A stretch of DNA of 64,000 nucleotides from Octopus sinensis. Taxonomy: Eukaryota. The position numbers and the translations under genes were made by a program. The notes below the pieces were generated by a model. It worked only from the letters and a program-made list of their open reading frames with translations, did not search any database and was not told the DNA's origin. The stretch spans positions 165,106,001 to 165,170,000 of the forward strand of contig NC_042997.1 in the NCBI RefSeq assembly GCF_006345805.1, given 5' to 3'. Shown piece by piece: positions 12,650-25,559 of this stretch. How positions within the stretch are numbered: the first letter of the stretch is position 1; each line of letters starts with the position of its first letter.

Positions 12650-12960
12650 TAGATGAGTGAGTGAGTGAGTGACTGACTGACTGAGTGAATGATTAAGTGA
12701 ATAAGTGAATGAGTGAATGAGTGAGTGAGTGAATGATTGAGTAAGTGAATGATTGAGTGAGTGAGTGAATTAGTGAGTGAGTGACAGAGTGTGTGAGTGA
12801 GTAAGTGAGTGAGTGAGTGAGTAAGTGAGTGACTGACTGACTGAGTGAATGATTAAGTGAATAAGTGAATGAGTGAATGAGTGAGTGAGTGAGTGAATGA
12901 TTGAGTGAGTGAGTAAATGAGTGACAGAGTGTGTGAGTGAGTGAGAGAGTGAGTAGATGA
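12650..12960. repeat. (GAGT)n-rich compound repeat with a local internal duplication
   Basis: GACTGACTGACTGAGTGAATGATTAAGTGAATAAGTG appears at about 12671 and 12831. Confidence 0.8.
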
Positions 12961-13397
12961 AATAGTAGATAGAAGAGTGGAGTAGTTGAGTGAAAGCGAA
13001 CGATAGAAATAACGATCTAGAAGAATACCACTGAGGTCGACTTTGCCTTTTATCCTTTCGAACTCAATACTGGGTCCGGTGTAAGCGACTTCCTTCTTTC
13101 CTGAAATTGCTGATCTCATACCAAAATTTAAAACCAACATTTTTCTTTCTTTTTATTTTAATACTTATAATTAAATTATTTCGCAATAAATTTTCTGTAC
13201 ATTTAATAAAAAAAATTCGTTAATGCAGCTTAATAAAATTATAATTAATTGAAAGCACCAAATATATATGTACGTGTGCGTGGCATAATTGTTTGTATAA
13301 ATTTATAAAGCCTTCAATATTTTTTCATCTAAAATATTTCTTACCCCAATAGTCTACCCGCTGTTATTTATAACTTCATTAAGGTAGTGAGTTGACA

Positions 13398-13463
13398 TAA
13401 GGCGGCGAGCTGGCAGAAACGTTAGCATGGCAGGCGAAATGCGTAGCCGTATTTCGTCTTCCG
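13398..13463 (+). mobile_element. 5' head of the SINE-A copy interrupted by the LINE
   Basis: GGCGGCGAGCTGGCAGAAACGTTAGC...GCGTAGCCGTATTTCGTCTTCCG. The rest of the SINE resumes at 18815. Confidence 0.9.
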
Positions 13464-13627
13464 CGCATGTGTTCGTGAAGTAAGAATTGCTGTTTCGTGG
13501 TGTTAATATTGTTAACAACTGTTGTTTCTTGTTAAACTGTTGAATAACTTAACTGTTGGAGTTTTCAATTGAAAACACTTAGTGCTTGTGGTAGCACGCG
13601 TTGTTCATTCCCCCTTTGGGGGGAAGA

Positions 13628-15155
13628 ATGTCGTCTAGCATGGAGCCTACCGTTGGAGCAGAAATACTTGTTTCTCCTGTTGAGAGGAGGAAATACATGT
13701 CCGGCGAGGAGCCAACTACAGACAAGGAAATAGGGGTTTCCCCCGCTACAAGAAGGAATAGCAGAGAGGATAATATATTTGATATTTTTGGAGATGTGTC
13801 TGAGAGCTCGTCAGAACTTTCACCAGAAGAGTTTCCGACTTTGCCAGAGAACAAAGGCATTGTGTCGAAGAGAATAATTGATGTGCCTAGCATCCAGATA
13901 GAACCAAAAAATGGAAAAAAAGTTTTGCGTTGGCTGCTGGGGGTGGAACCCAGATACTGTCGACGAATAAAAGCGAAATTATGAAATACAGCAAAATGAT
14001 GGAAATAAATGACAACAGTGTGAAAATTGAACCTCCGCAAAAGTTATTACAGGAAGAAAAGCAAAAAACAATAATTTTCAAAACATATTGTCTACAAAAT
14101 AGAAAAATTGAAAGAATGTCAGAAGAGAAAATAGAAAAGTGCTTAAAGCCATATTGGGCGACGTAGTATTTCTGAGAAGAGGAAAAAAATTCGGAACGGT
14201 GGAAGTAAGGTTCACCAATAAAGAAATAGCACACAAGAACTCAGTGGAAACGTTGAAAACGAACGACGTGGAGTTAATACCCTATTATATGGGGATGAGG
14301 ACGTCGCGAATAAAAATTACAAGGGTCCCGCCAGAGGTCGAACCTATGTGGTTGTTGGCGGCAGTCCTAATCAAAGAGGTAGAAAAAATTACTCTCCTCC
14401 AGGCTACCGCTACGGAAAACCCACGCTGGGATGGTAAAACAATTAATCTTCTCATTCAAGCGGACCCTAAAATAATTCAAACAATTCCTGAGACAATTGA
14501 GGTAGGGGAGGAGAACCTCGTGGTGTTTGTTGAGGGCCGAAAACCTCGATGTTTTTTATGTGGTCAATTAGGCCACATTCGAAGGAACTGCAAGGAAAAT
14601 GAAGAAGAGGAGGAAGAGGAGAAAAAAGACAAAGAGGAAGAAGATAAAGAAGAAACAGATGAGAAAAAAACAACAAACAAAAGAAAAATACAGCCAGCAA
14701 CCCAGCCGAGAGCGGCGACTACTACAGAACAACGACCAAAAAAGACTGCCAGAAGAGAAAAAGAAGAAAAAGGCATAATAGCCGTATACACTAAAGATAC
14801 TGAGCTCATGAGAGACATTCAACTCATAAAGACTGTAAAAAAAATTGATAACCTTTCAGAGGAATTTATCAATTACGACATATATGAAGTCTCAAATAAG
14901 ACTTATAGAATTCTACAAAATAAGTACAGAAAGACTGTATCTTCATTGAGATTAGATTTTAACAAGTCGATATTTCATGGATTACCAGCTCCGATCCCGC
15001 GAGAAAAGGAAAAGGTGGAGATTCCCCCTCCACCTGATAATTCTGTGTCGGTGGTGAGACGGGATTTTGACAAATCTATTTCCCAAGACCGTCCACCTCC
15101 GACCCTGGATAAAAAAAAGGTGGAGGGTCCCCCTCCACCGGACAATCCTAATTAA
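13628..15155 (+). CDS. LINE ORF1 (gag-like nucleic-acid-binding protein), split by two apparent single-base frameshifts
   Basis: ATG at 13628; overlapping frames 13601-13984, 13930-14166 and 14139-15155 switch at A-runs (about 13915 and 14136). Zinc knuckle CFLCGQLGHIRRNC at 14550-14591, then an acidic/basic tract. Confidence 0.8.
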
Positions 15156-15166
15156 ACAGGTAAGTG

Positions 15167-18100
15167 ATGGCTATTCACATTGGTTGTTTAAATGTTCATG
15201 GCCTGTTGTCAAGCTGGAAGCAAGGACGCTTTCTGAATGACATCAGGTCGAGAAATTTGGATGTAATTGTTGCAACGGAAACCCGGGTGAAGGGGCCAAG
15301 AGATCTGCTCCCCCTCCTGAACGGCTACGAGAAATACGTTTCTCCGAGTCGGGCGGGAGGTGGGGGTGGGGTGTTGGTCCTACTAAAAAGAAACCGGGTA
15401 GCCGAGAAAAAGTTGGTTTTTTCTGACCCAGAAGGCAGGCTGGTCGTTCTCGACTTGACATTCAGTTGTGGCAAGACAATCAGGCTGGTCGCTATTTATG
15501 CACCAAACATTATTGGCCCGCAAACTGAATATTTTCGTGGCCTAGGAAAGTTCCTAGCCACGTCGCATTCACTAGTAGTGTTAGGAGACTCTAATACAAT
15601 ATGTGCAGCACAGACAGATTGTGTTGGCTCAAACTCGAACATGAACAGAAAATGTAACACAGGCTTTCGGGATCTGCTAAGTCAATTTCAGCTAGCAGAT
15701 CCATATAGGTTGGAGCACCCGAACACTCCACAGTGGACGTGGTCAAATAGTGACGGGTCTACCAGAACATATCTAGATAGGATTTTAATTAGAGAAAAAG
15801 ATAAGTCCATAGTTGAGTGTCCACAGTTTTTTCTAGTCAGCTACAGTGACCACAAGATGGTTACCTGTAAACTGACGGTAGATAAGTTGCATAGACAGGG
15901 ATCTGGCTACTGGAAACTCAATACGTCCCTTTTGGCGATTGAGGAGTACAGAAAGCGGATCAAGATGTTAATACAGAGGGCATTAACAGGTACCATCATT
16001 AATAACAAATGGTGGTACGCCCTAAAAAGAGCCATCAAATATGAGTCTATTAGGTTTAGCATAAGTTTAGCTAAGAAGGGACGTAAAATAGGAGATGGTC
16101 TAGTTAAGGAACTAGAAGAAGCCTGGAGGACTGGTAATACAGACCAAGCGAGGGTGAAAAGACTGGAGTTAAACCAGCATCTTGAAGCCCACCACATGGG
16201 AAGTATTACCAGAGCTAAGTTACGTGCAATGGGAAGTGAAGGAATCAAAGCCGCTGGATGGGCCCGAGTGGTGGAAGCTCGGCAAGGAAATAGTTCCTCT
16301 ATTCGGTCTTTGACGAATCAAAATGGTGTCTTGATAAACGAACCCGAGAAAATGTGTGAGGTCTTTCGGGAGTACTTCGCCCAGCTGTTCGGGGGTGACG
16401 GCGGTCCTGGTGGTGGGAGAGCCCTCGAGGACTTTCTTACCGGGCTGCCGTGCCTCTCGGGGTCGGATGCGGAGTCTTGCGAAGGGCCAATCACACTTGA
16501 GGAGGTGATGGAGGCTTTGGCCGATTGTAAAGCGGGTAAGTCACCGGGACTTGATGGTCTTCCGTACGAGCTGTATAAATGTATGCCAGACTTGTTCGGG
16601 CAACTACTGACTGACGTGTACGCGAACTGGAAACAGAATGGGTTTATCCCCAGATCTGTGCGCCGGGGAGTAGTGACGTTGGTCAGAAAGGACCCGGACA
16701 AGGGGGACGTTCTAGAGAATTTCAGGCCCATCACTCTGTTAAACGCAGAAGTGAAGATTTTGGCCAAGGTTCTAGCAAAAAGGTTGGCGCGTGTCGCGAA
16801 TGGTATAGTCGGGGAGGCACAGACATGTGCCATCCCAGGCAGAACCATTCAGGATACCCTCCATCTTATTCGCTATACCATAGAGAGGTTTGGTAATAAA
16901 TCTGGCAAAGGTGGGGCATTGGTGCATTTGGACCAGTCTAAAGCTTTTGATAGGGTTGACCATCGATACCTAGCGACTGTACTTGCGCGGTTTGGCCTGG
17001 GCCTTGGCTTCCTCAGGTGGTTTATCGCTTTGTACCACAACATTGACTCGATAGTTCGGGTGAACGGTTTCCTTTCGAAGCCGTTCTGCATCAGACGCTC
17101 GGTTCGTCAAGGATGTCCGCTTTCACCACTTTTGTATGTGATGGCTCTCGAGCCATTACTGCAAAGGTTGAGTGGCATCCCGAGAGAACCAGGACTAGAG
17201 GAGTTTGTTACGGCTTTCGCGGATGATATCACTATCAGTGTAACCACAGTGGTACGCCTACGTGAAGTAGGTAAGACTATTGAGGCTTACGAGGAGGTAG
17301 CAGGAGCAAAGATTAACCGGGAAAAGTCGGTCGGCTTGCAGCTCGGCACCTGGGTTGGCAAGTCGATGCCTTCAGACAGTGTTGTTAGGCGCTGGACGGA
17401 GGGACCGGTTAAGTTGCTGGGAGTCTGGTTTGGACCAGGCCTCCAGATAGAGAAGAACTGGACGGAGGTATTGAGCAGGGTGGCTGCAGTAGTCAAGACT
17501 TGGTCTTGGCGGTGGCTATCCTTGAAAGGGAGGGCGGAAGTGGCCAATGTGTTTATCGCATCGGTCATTACCTACCGCCTGACTGTCGTGCCCTGTCCGG
17601 ATTCGTGGTTGATCAGGTTGGAGAGACAGCTCTTTCGCTTTTTGTGGAAGGGCAGGTCGCCACTTGTGAAACGCTCTGTCTGCTGTCAAAAGCCTTTAAA
17701 TGGAGGTTTAGGGATGCCTTGGTTAATGATGCGCAGACATGCGTTGAGGTTGAGGCACCTCTGGATTCTCCTGGATAGTGAACGGGTGTGGTCTCCGCTG
17801 GCCAGACAAATGTTCCCTGAGTTCAAGAGTTTTTGCGAACAGGAAGCCTGGTGTTCTCGTAGACCGAGGTCGAGTGAGTGGCATAAAGAGTGCCGTAAGG
17901 CCCTCTTGCTGTTCCGGCGCTCGGGCAACGCCAGCGGTGGGGGTTCCACACGGATTTTATATAGTGGGTTGGTAGAGTCTGAATGCGACGATGGCCTGGG
18001 GTCGACTCTAGGTCTCGGATTTATTCAACTGGACAGCTTGTTTCATCGTACATTCGGGTTGAGAACGTTGGACAACTTCCAAAAGTCCTTAACCTGGCAA

Positions 18101-18567
18101 TGCTACAGAGGTGCCTTGCCCGTTTGGGATAAGCTCGCAAGACATGGTAAACGTCAGTCGCCGACCTGTCCAAGATGCGGTGGGGACAGGGAAACCGTCC
18201 CTCACGCTATTGTTCAGTGTCCGGAGATAACTGAAATGTGGGCTTATGCTGAACATCTGTTGTCCGGCGAAGGAAGAGTACGGCTGTCGACTGAGTCAAT
18301 TATAAAAATTGACCCACCGGGAGTTCTAACGAACGAAGGTAAGAATTGTTTTCTCACGGTTGTAGCAATAGCAAAAGAGGCTGTATGGAATACTAGGATA
18401 AAAGGAATTAAGACAGGCAACTTTATCTCTGGTGACAATTTACGATCCTTTTTTCTTTTCATTTGAAAAGGAAACTGTGGCTGGAGAAGAGGTGTCTGTC
18501 AGAGTGTACGTTCCAAAAGAGATGGAAGTATGTTGCACGAGTGTTGTGCGTGCAAGGAACCGTGTGA
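15167..18567 (+). CDS. LINE ORF2: AP endonuclease + reverse transcriptase + C-terminal zinc finger
   Basis: 1100-aa ORF with APE motifs (LNVHGL, VATET, IYAPN, LGDSN, YLDR, SDH), GYWKLNTSLL, KSPGLDG, LDQSKAFDRVDH, VRQGCPLSP, FADD and CPRC...H...C. A shifted frame continues HLKRKLWLEKRC...FQKRW to TGA at 18565-18567 after a T-run at 18449-18459. Confidence 0.95.
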
Positions 18568-18814
18568 ATAGACGAGGAAAAAAAAAAAAAGGAAAAATAA
18601 AAAGGTATCAGCGGTAGATCGGGGCTTGTGGGATCGGAGCGTAACTTGATCATCGCTTCATTTGTATTGTTTTTGTACTGTGTATTCCATTCGATTTTTA
18701 TGTATTGTATTTTATTTTTGATGTCACATTTATGTAAAATCATATCGATTCACTGATCCCATCAGTTGTACTGTCCATATCTATGTTTGGCCCCCGGTGG
18801 GCAATAAAGAAATT

Positions 18815-19072
18815 CGTATTTCGTCTTCCGTTACGTTCTGAGTTCAAATTCCGCCGAGGTCGACCTTGCCTTTCATCCTTTCGGGGTCGGTCAAATAAGT
18901 ACCAGTTACGTTCTGAGTTCAAATTCCGCCGAGGTCGACCTTGCCTTTCATCCTTTCGGGGTCGGTCAAATAAGTACCAGTTACGCACTGTGGTAGATAT
19001 AATCGACTTAATCTGTTTGTCTGTTCTTGTTTGTCCTCTCTGTGTTTAGCCCCTTGTGGGTAGTAAAGAAAT
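18815..19072 (+). mobile_element. 3' remainder of the interrupted SINE-A, with an internal 75-bp tandem duplication
   Basis: Body copies 18830-18904 and 18905-18979; tail GTAGTAAAGAAAT. Host-SINE TSD AGGTAGTGAGTTG(A/G)CA at 13382-13397 and 19073-19088. Confidence 0.9.
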
Positions 19073-19546
19073 AGGTAGTGAGTTGGCAGAATCGTTAGCA
19101 TGCCTGGCTAGATGTTTAACAGTATTTCGTCCGTCTTTACAATCTGAGTTCAAATTCCACCGCGGTTGGCACAAGTACAATTTGAGCACTGGGGTCAATG
19201 AGATCGAAACTGCTGGCTTCATACCAAAATTTTAAGCCATTATTTATAGCTTTATCTACTTCAAGTTTTTCAGTAAAAAATAATTTACTCCAGGTATTTA
19301 AACATTTAAGATTTAAACACACACACTGCCAAGATTTAAACCCAGACCCAGCGACAGGACAAAATAAATTACCCTTCCTACTATAAGCACAATCCAGCAA
19401 GTTCAAGAAGGGTGTAAGTCGATTACATCGACTCCAGTGTCTAACTGGTACTTATTTTATCGACCTCAGCAGAATTTGAACTCAGAACGTAAAGACGGAC
19501 GAGATGCCGCTACGCATTTTACCCGGCGAGCATGTTAACTATTCTG

Positions 19547-20510
19547 TTTCTTTATTACCCACAAAGGGCTAAACATAGAAGGGACAAACAAGGACAGACA
19601 AACGGATTAAACCGATTACATCGACCCCAGTGCGTAACTAGTACTTAATTAATCGACCCCGAAAGGATGAAAGGCAAAGTAGACCTCGGCGGAATTTGAA
19701 CTCAGAACGTAACGGCAGACAAAATACCTATTTCTTTACTACCCACAAGGGGCTAAACACAGAGAGGACAAACAAGGGCAGACAAACCGATTAAGCCGAT
19801 TACATCGACCCCAGTGCGTAACTGGTACTTAATTAATCGACCCCGAAAGGATGAAAGGCAAAGTAGACCTCGGCGGAATTTGAACTCAGAACGTAACGGC
19901 AGACGAAATACCTATTTCTTTACTACCCACAAGGGGCTAAACACAGAGAGGACAAACAAGGGCAGACAAACCGATTAAGCCGATTACATCGACCCCAGTG
20001 CGTAACTGGTACTTAATTAATCGACCCCGAAAGGATGAAAGGCAAAGTAGACCTCGGCGGAATTTGAACTCTGAACGTAACGGCAGACGAAATACCTATT
20101 TCTTTACTACCCACAAGGGGCTAAACACAGAGAGGACAAACAAGGACAGACAAACGGATTAAGTCGATTACATCGACCCAAGCGCGTAACTGGTACATAA
20201 TTAATCGACCCCGAAAGGATGAAAGGCAAAGTCAACCTCGGCGGAATTTGAACTCTGAACGTAACGGCAGACGAAATACCTATTTCTTTACTACCCACAA
20301 GCGGCTAAACACAGAGAGGACAAACAAGGACAGACAAACGGATTAAGTCGATTACATCGACCCAAGCGCGTAACTGGTACATAATTAATCGACCCCGAAA
20401 GGATGAAAGGCAAAGTCAACCTCGGCGGAATTTGAACTCAGAACGTAACGACAGACGAAATACGGGTACTCATTTCGGCCGGCGTGCTAACGTTTCTGCC
20501 AGTTCGCCGA
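19547..20510 (-). repeat. SINE-A pentamer: one head plus five 184-bp bodies
   Basis: TTTCTTTA starts at 19547, 19731, 19915, 20099 and 20283 (exact 184-bp period). Single head at 20465-20510. Confidence 0.95.
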
Positions 20511-20769
20511 CTTAAAGACAAAATAAATTAATGTGATTCATTTAGTACAGTGCATTCCCATTTCTGTCAGGTCTACGATGACATCCGTAACATAAAGAAA
20601 GCGGAAAAGCTTCAAACAGAACTCGAATCTGAAAATTGTTTCACCAGCTATTTCATAACTTTCCAACTTTCAAATGCTCGCATTCTTTGTATTTCGGTTA
20701 CTTTCTCGTCCACTTATTTTTTCATTCAGTTTTAATTCAATCTGCCTCTTTCTCTTTTTCTCGCCGTGT

Positions 20770-22740
<1,971 letters not shown>

Positions 22741-23493
22741 ACTTTGTTGAGAAGGAGAGATTGGGATAGGAGAGAGATAGGAATGAGCGGCAGAGAAGAG
22801 AGAGAGGAGTTAGTGTGAAGAGAGACTGAGTAAAGATTACCCAGAGAGGAGAGAGAGGGGGAGAGAGAGGAAGAAAATAAGAAGGGAAATAGAAAAAGAA
22901 CTAGAGTTCTTCATTAACTTTCTCTTGTTCGCTTCTCTTTCTCTTTCTTCCTCCCTCTCCCCCTCTCTCTCCCTTTCTCTCTCTTTGTTTGCCTCTCTCT
23001 GATCTTGTCTCTTCAGTTTTCACCCACACGCTCTTCCACAACCTCTCTTCAGATCTTTCCACGTTACTCAATATTCCTCCTACCACCGTGCTTACTCTGC
23101 TACTGCTGCTGCTCCTCCACCTGCTGACAGCAGCAGCAGCACTAGTAGTAGTAGTAGTAGTACTTGTCGTTGTTGTTGTTGTTGACGGTGACGTTGGTGT
23201 TGGTGGTAGTTGTGTTACCTTTCTGATCAGTTGCTATTATAATTGTCGATCTTGTTGTGCCCCTAGGTCACCCTGATTAAGTAGACTTTATTATCAAGGA
23301 CGTTTCAACCCTAACCAGTCAGTACTTTTTTATTATTTATTTATTTTTTTCCATCAGGGACAGCAGATCATTATCCGATGTCCTTCCTTTCTTGAGGCGG
23401 AAAAGTGAGATTTGAGACAACATGGCTTCTATGTCTAATACCTAACCAGTTTATGAGACCAGATAAACGCTCCTTTATTGACTTTACGTCGTA

Positions 23494-23897
23494 TATTTCT
23501 TTACTGCTCACAAGGGGCTTAACATAGAGGGGACTAACAAGGAATTAAGTCAATTACATCGACCCCAGTGCGAAACTGGTACTTAATTTATCGACCCCGA
23601 AAGGATGAAAGGCAAAGTCGACCTCGGCGGGATTTGAACTCAGAACATAACGACAGACGAAATACCTATTTCTTTATTATCCACAAGGGGCTAAACACAG
23701 AGGGGACAAACAAGGACAGACATAGGTATTAAGTCGATTACATCGACCCCAGTGCGTAACTGGTACTTAATTTATCGACCCCGAAAGGATGAAAGGCAAA
23801 GTCGACCTCGGCGGGATTTGAACTCAGAACGTAACGACAGACGAAATACCGCTAAGCATTTCGCCCGGCGCGCTAACGTTTCTGCCAGCTCACCGCC
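23494..23897 (-). mobile_element. SINE-A head-body-body dimer
   Basis: Junction GAAATACC|TATTTCTTT at about 23660-23672. Degraded 16-bp TSD TTGACTTTACGTCGTA / TTGACTTCACGTTATA at 23478-23493 and 23898-23913. Confidence 0.85.
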
Positions 23898-24629
23898 TTG
23901 ACTTCACGTTATAACTAGCTTAGTTTTGGTAGATGACACAACCGGTAGACGGATGGACAAAACGATGACATACGACACTTGAGTTACGTTCCTTTAATAC
24001 AAAATGCGAATCACGTTGCTGTTGTTTCTGTTTTAGTCATTCTAATTGTTTTTGTTGCTTCTGCCGCTGTAATTGAGTCTATTCTGTTTCAATGTTGTTA
24101 TCTCTTCTTGTTGCATTTGATGCCGTATTTGATGTTGCTTTGTATTTGATGTTGTTTTCGCAAGTTATTTTAGGCCCCGTTTGTTGTTCTGCATATATTT
24201 GATCCCTTGTTGCTATTTCTATTAATTATTATTGTTGTTGTTATTCAATTTTTATATTTGATGTTTGAAATATAATTCTTAATGTTGTTTTTGCCTTTGT
24301 AATCTTAATTTCTCCTTTCTTTCTCTATTATCGAAGTCTTTATTGTCAACCACACTCTATTTTCATTCATTCATTCACTCACTCATTCATTCATTCATTC
24401 ATTCATTCATTCATTCATTCTTTCTTTGTTTCTTTATCTCCTTTTCAATCCCACTCCACATACCTATTACTTTCTCTTTCCCTATCTATCTATCTATCTA
24501 TCTATCTATATATATATACCTATCTATTTATCTCTTCTCATTATTATTATTATTATTATTATTCCCTAAATTCTTTACTACTCATCTTCCCACCATAACC
24601 TCCTTCACACTATCTGGTTATTTTTCATA

Positions 24630-25510
24630 CGAATTGGTATCAAAAAGTTCACGGACTAGTTATGTTTAATAAGAAATAACGTATTTACCTAAGTTTTAAT
24701 AACATCTCCTTCGAAATAGTCACCTTGCGCAGCACTACACCGGTTCCAGTGTTCCTGACACTTTTGGTATTCGGCCTGGAAGTCATTTCTGTAAGCGAGT
24801 CGAGGACCTTCTACGATTCGCTCTTGATTTCAACAACGGTGTTAAAACGGCCACCTTTGAGCTGCATTTCTGTCTTGAAGAAGAAATGGAAGTCTGCAGG
24901 TGCTAAACCTGACGAATAGGGTGGGTACGGAAGCAATGCCATGTTATTTTTGACGAGTGAGGAGAGTTCGGTGACAGGATGCATTGTCGTCATGAAGAAT
25001 CCAATTCTTCGCGCTCCACAGATCCGGTGGCTTTCACCGAATGTCCTCTCTGAAACGCTTCAAAACTTCACAGTCGAACTCTCAATTGACGGTATGCGTC
25101 TGGAGGACGAATATTCGACGCACAGTACCACATTTCCGGAGATGAAGCTTGCTTGTTGCAGGTCTTCCAGATTGATCATCGTCTTCCAGGGGCGTTCTTC
25201 CGTTTTGAAGCGCCCGTGCCACTCGAAACATTGTGTACGACCGTAAGCTCGTCGACGTATACTCAATGTCTCTGTAGCAGACTTCCCAAGTTTAATGCAA
25301 AATTTCGCGTTGACTATTTGTTCCAACTTCCTGTTCAATACAAAATCGCAAACTACAGCATACGCGTGATCACAAAGACACAAATTTCACAATTAAGTAA
25401 ACACAGCGGTGTTTACTACCTCATGAAGGTCTCTTCTAGCTCTGACTGCGCACGCAACCATTTGCTGGCGCGCTACAAGACTAGTCCGGGAACTTTTTGA
25501 TACCATCTCG
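24630..25510 (-). mobile_element. Internally deleted mariner transposon (881 bp)
   Basis: 30-bp TIRs CGA(AT/GA)TGGTATCAAAAAGTTC(A/C)CGGACTAG at 24630-24659 and 25481-25510, with TA on both sides. Transposase remnants: LGKSATET, FEWHGRFK, HDDNA, YPPYSSGLAPADF. Confidence 0.92.
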
Positions 25511-25559
25511 TATCTTTATTCTGTAAATAATAATCTTTTCTACTATAGGCACAAGTCCT

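Larger units (their letters stand above)
13464..18814 (+). mobile_element. Full-length Tx1/L1-clade non-LTR retrotransposon (5351 bp)
   Basis: 5' UTR, ORF1, ORF2 and 3' UTR ending GCCCCCGGTGGGCAATAAAGAAAT. Exact 16-bp TSD CGTATTTCGTCTTCCG at 13448-13463 and 18815-18830. Confidence 0.95.

Noticed and set aside
15243-18462. Antisense and alternative-frame ORFs over LINE ORF2
   Set aside because: Shadow ORFs of a GC-richer coding region with no independent motifs.
19547-20465. Regular repeat array resembling CRISPR
   Set aside because: Units are 184 bp, near-identical along their whole length with no unique spacers, and derive from SINE-A; no cas genes, eukaryotic context.
20550-20735. Short non-repetitive ORF after a CAG acceptor-like site
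   Set aside because: 61 aa, no recognisable domain or clear donor site.
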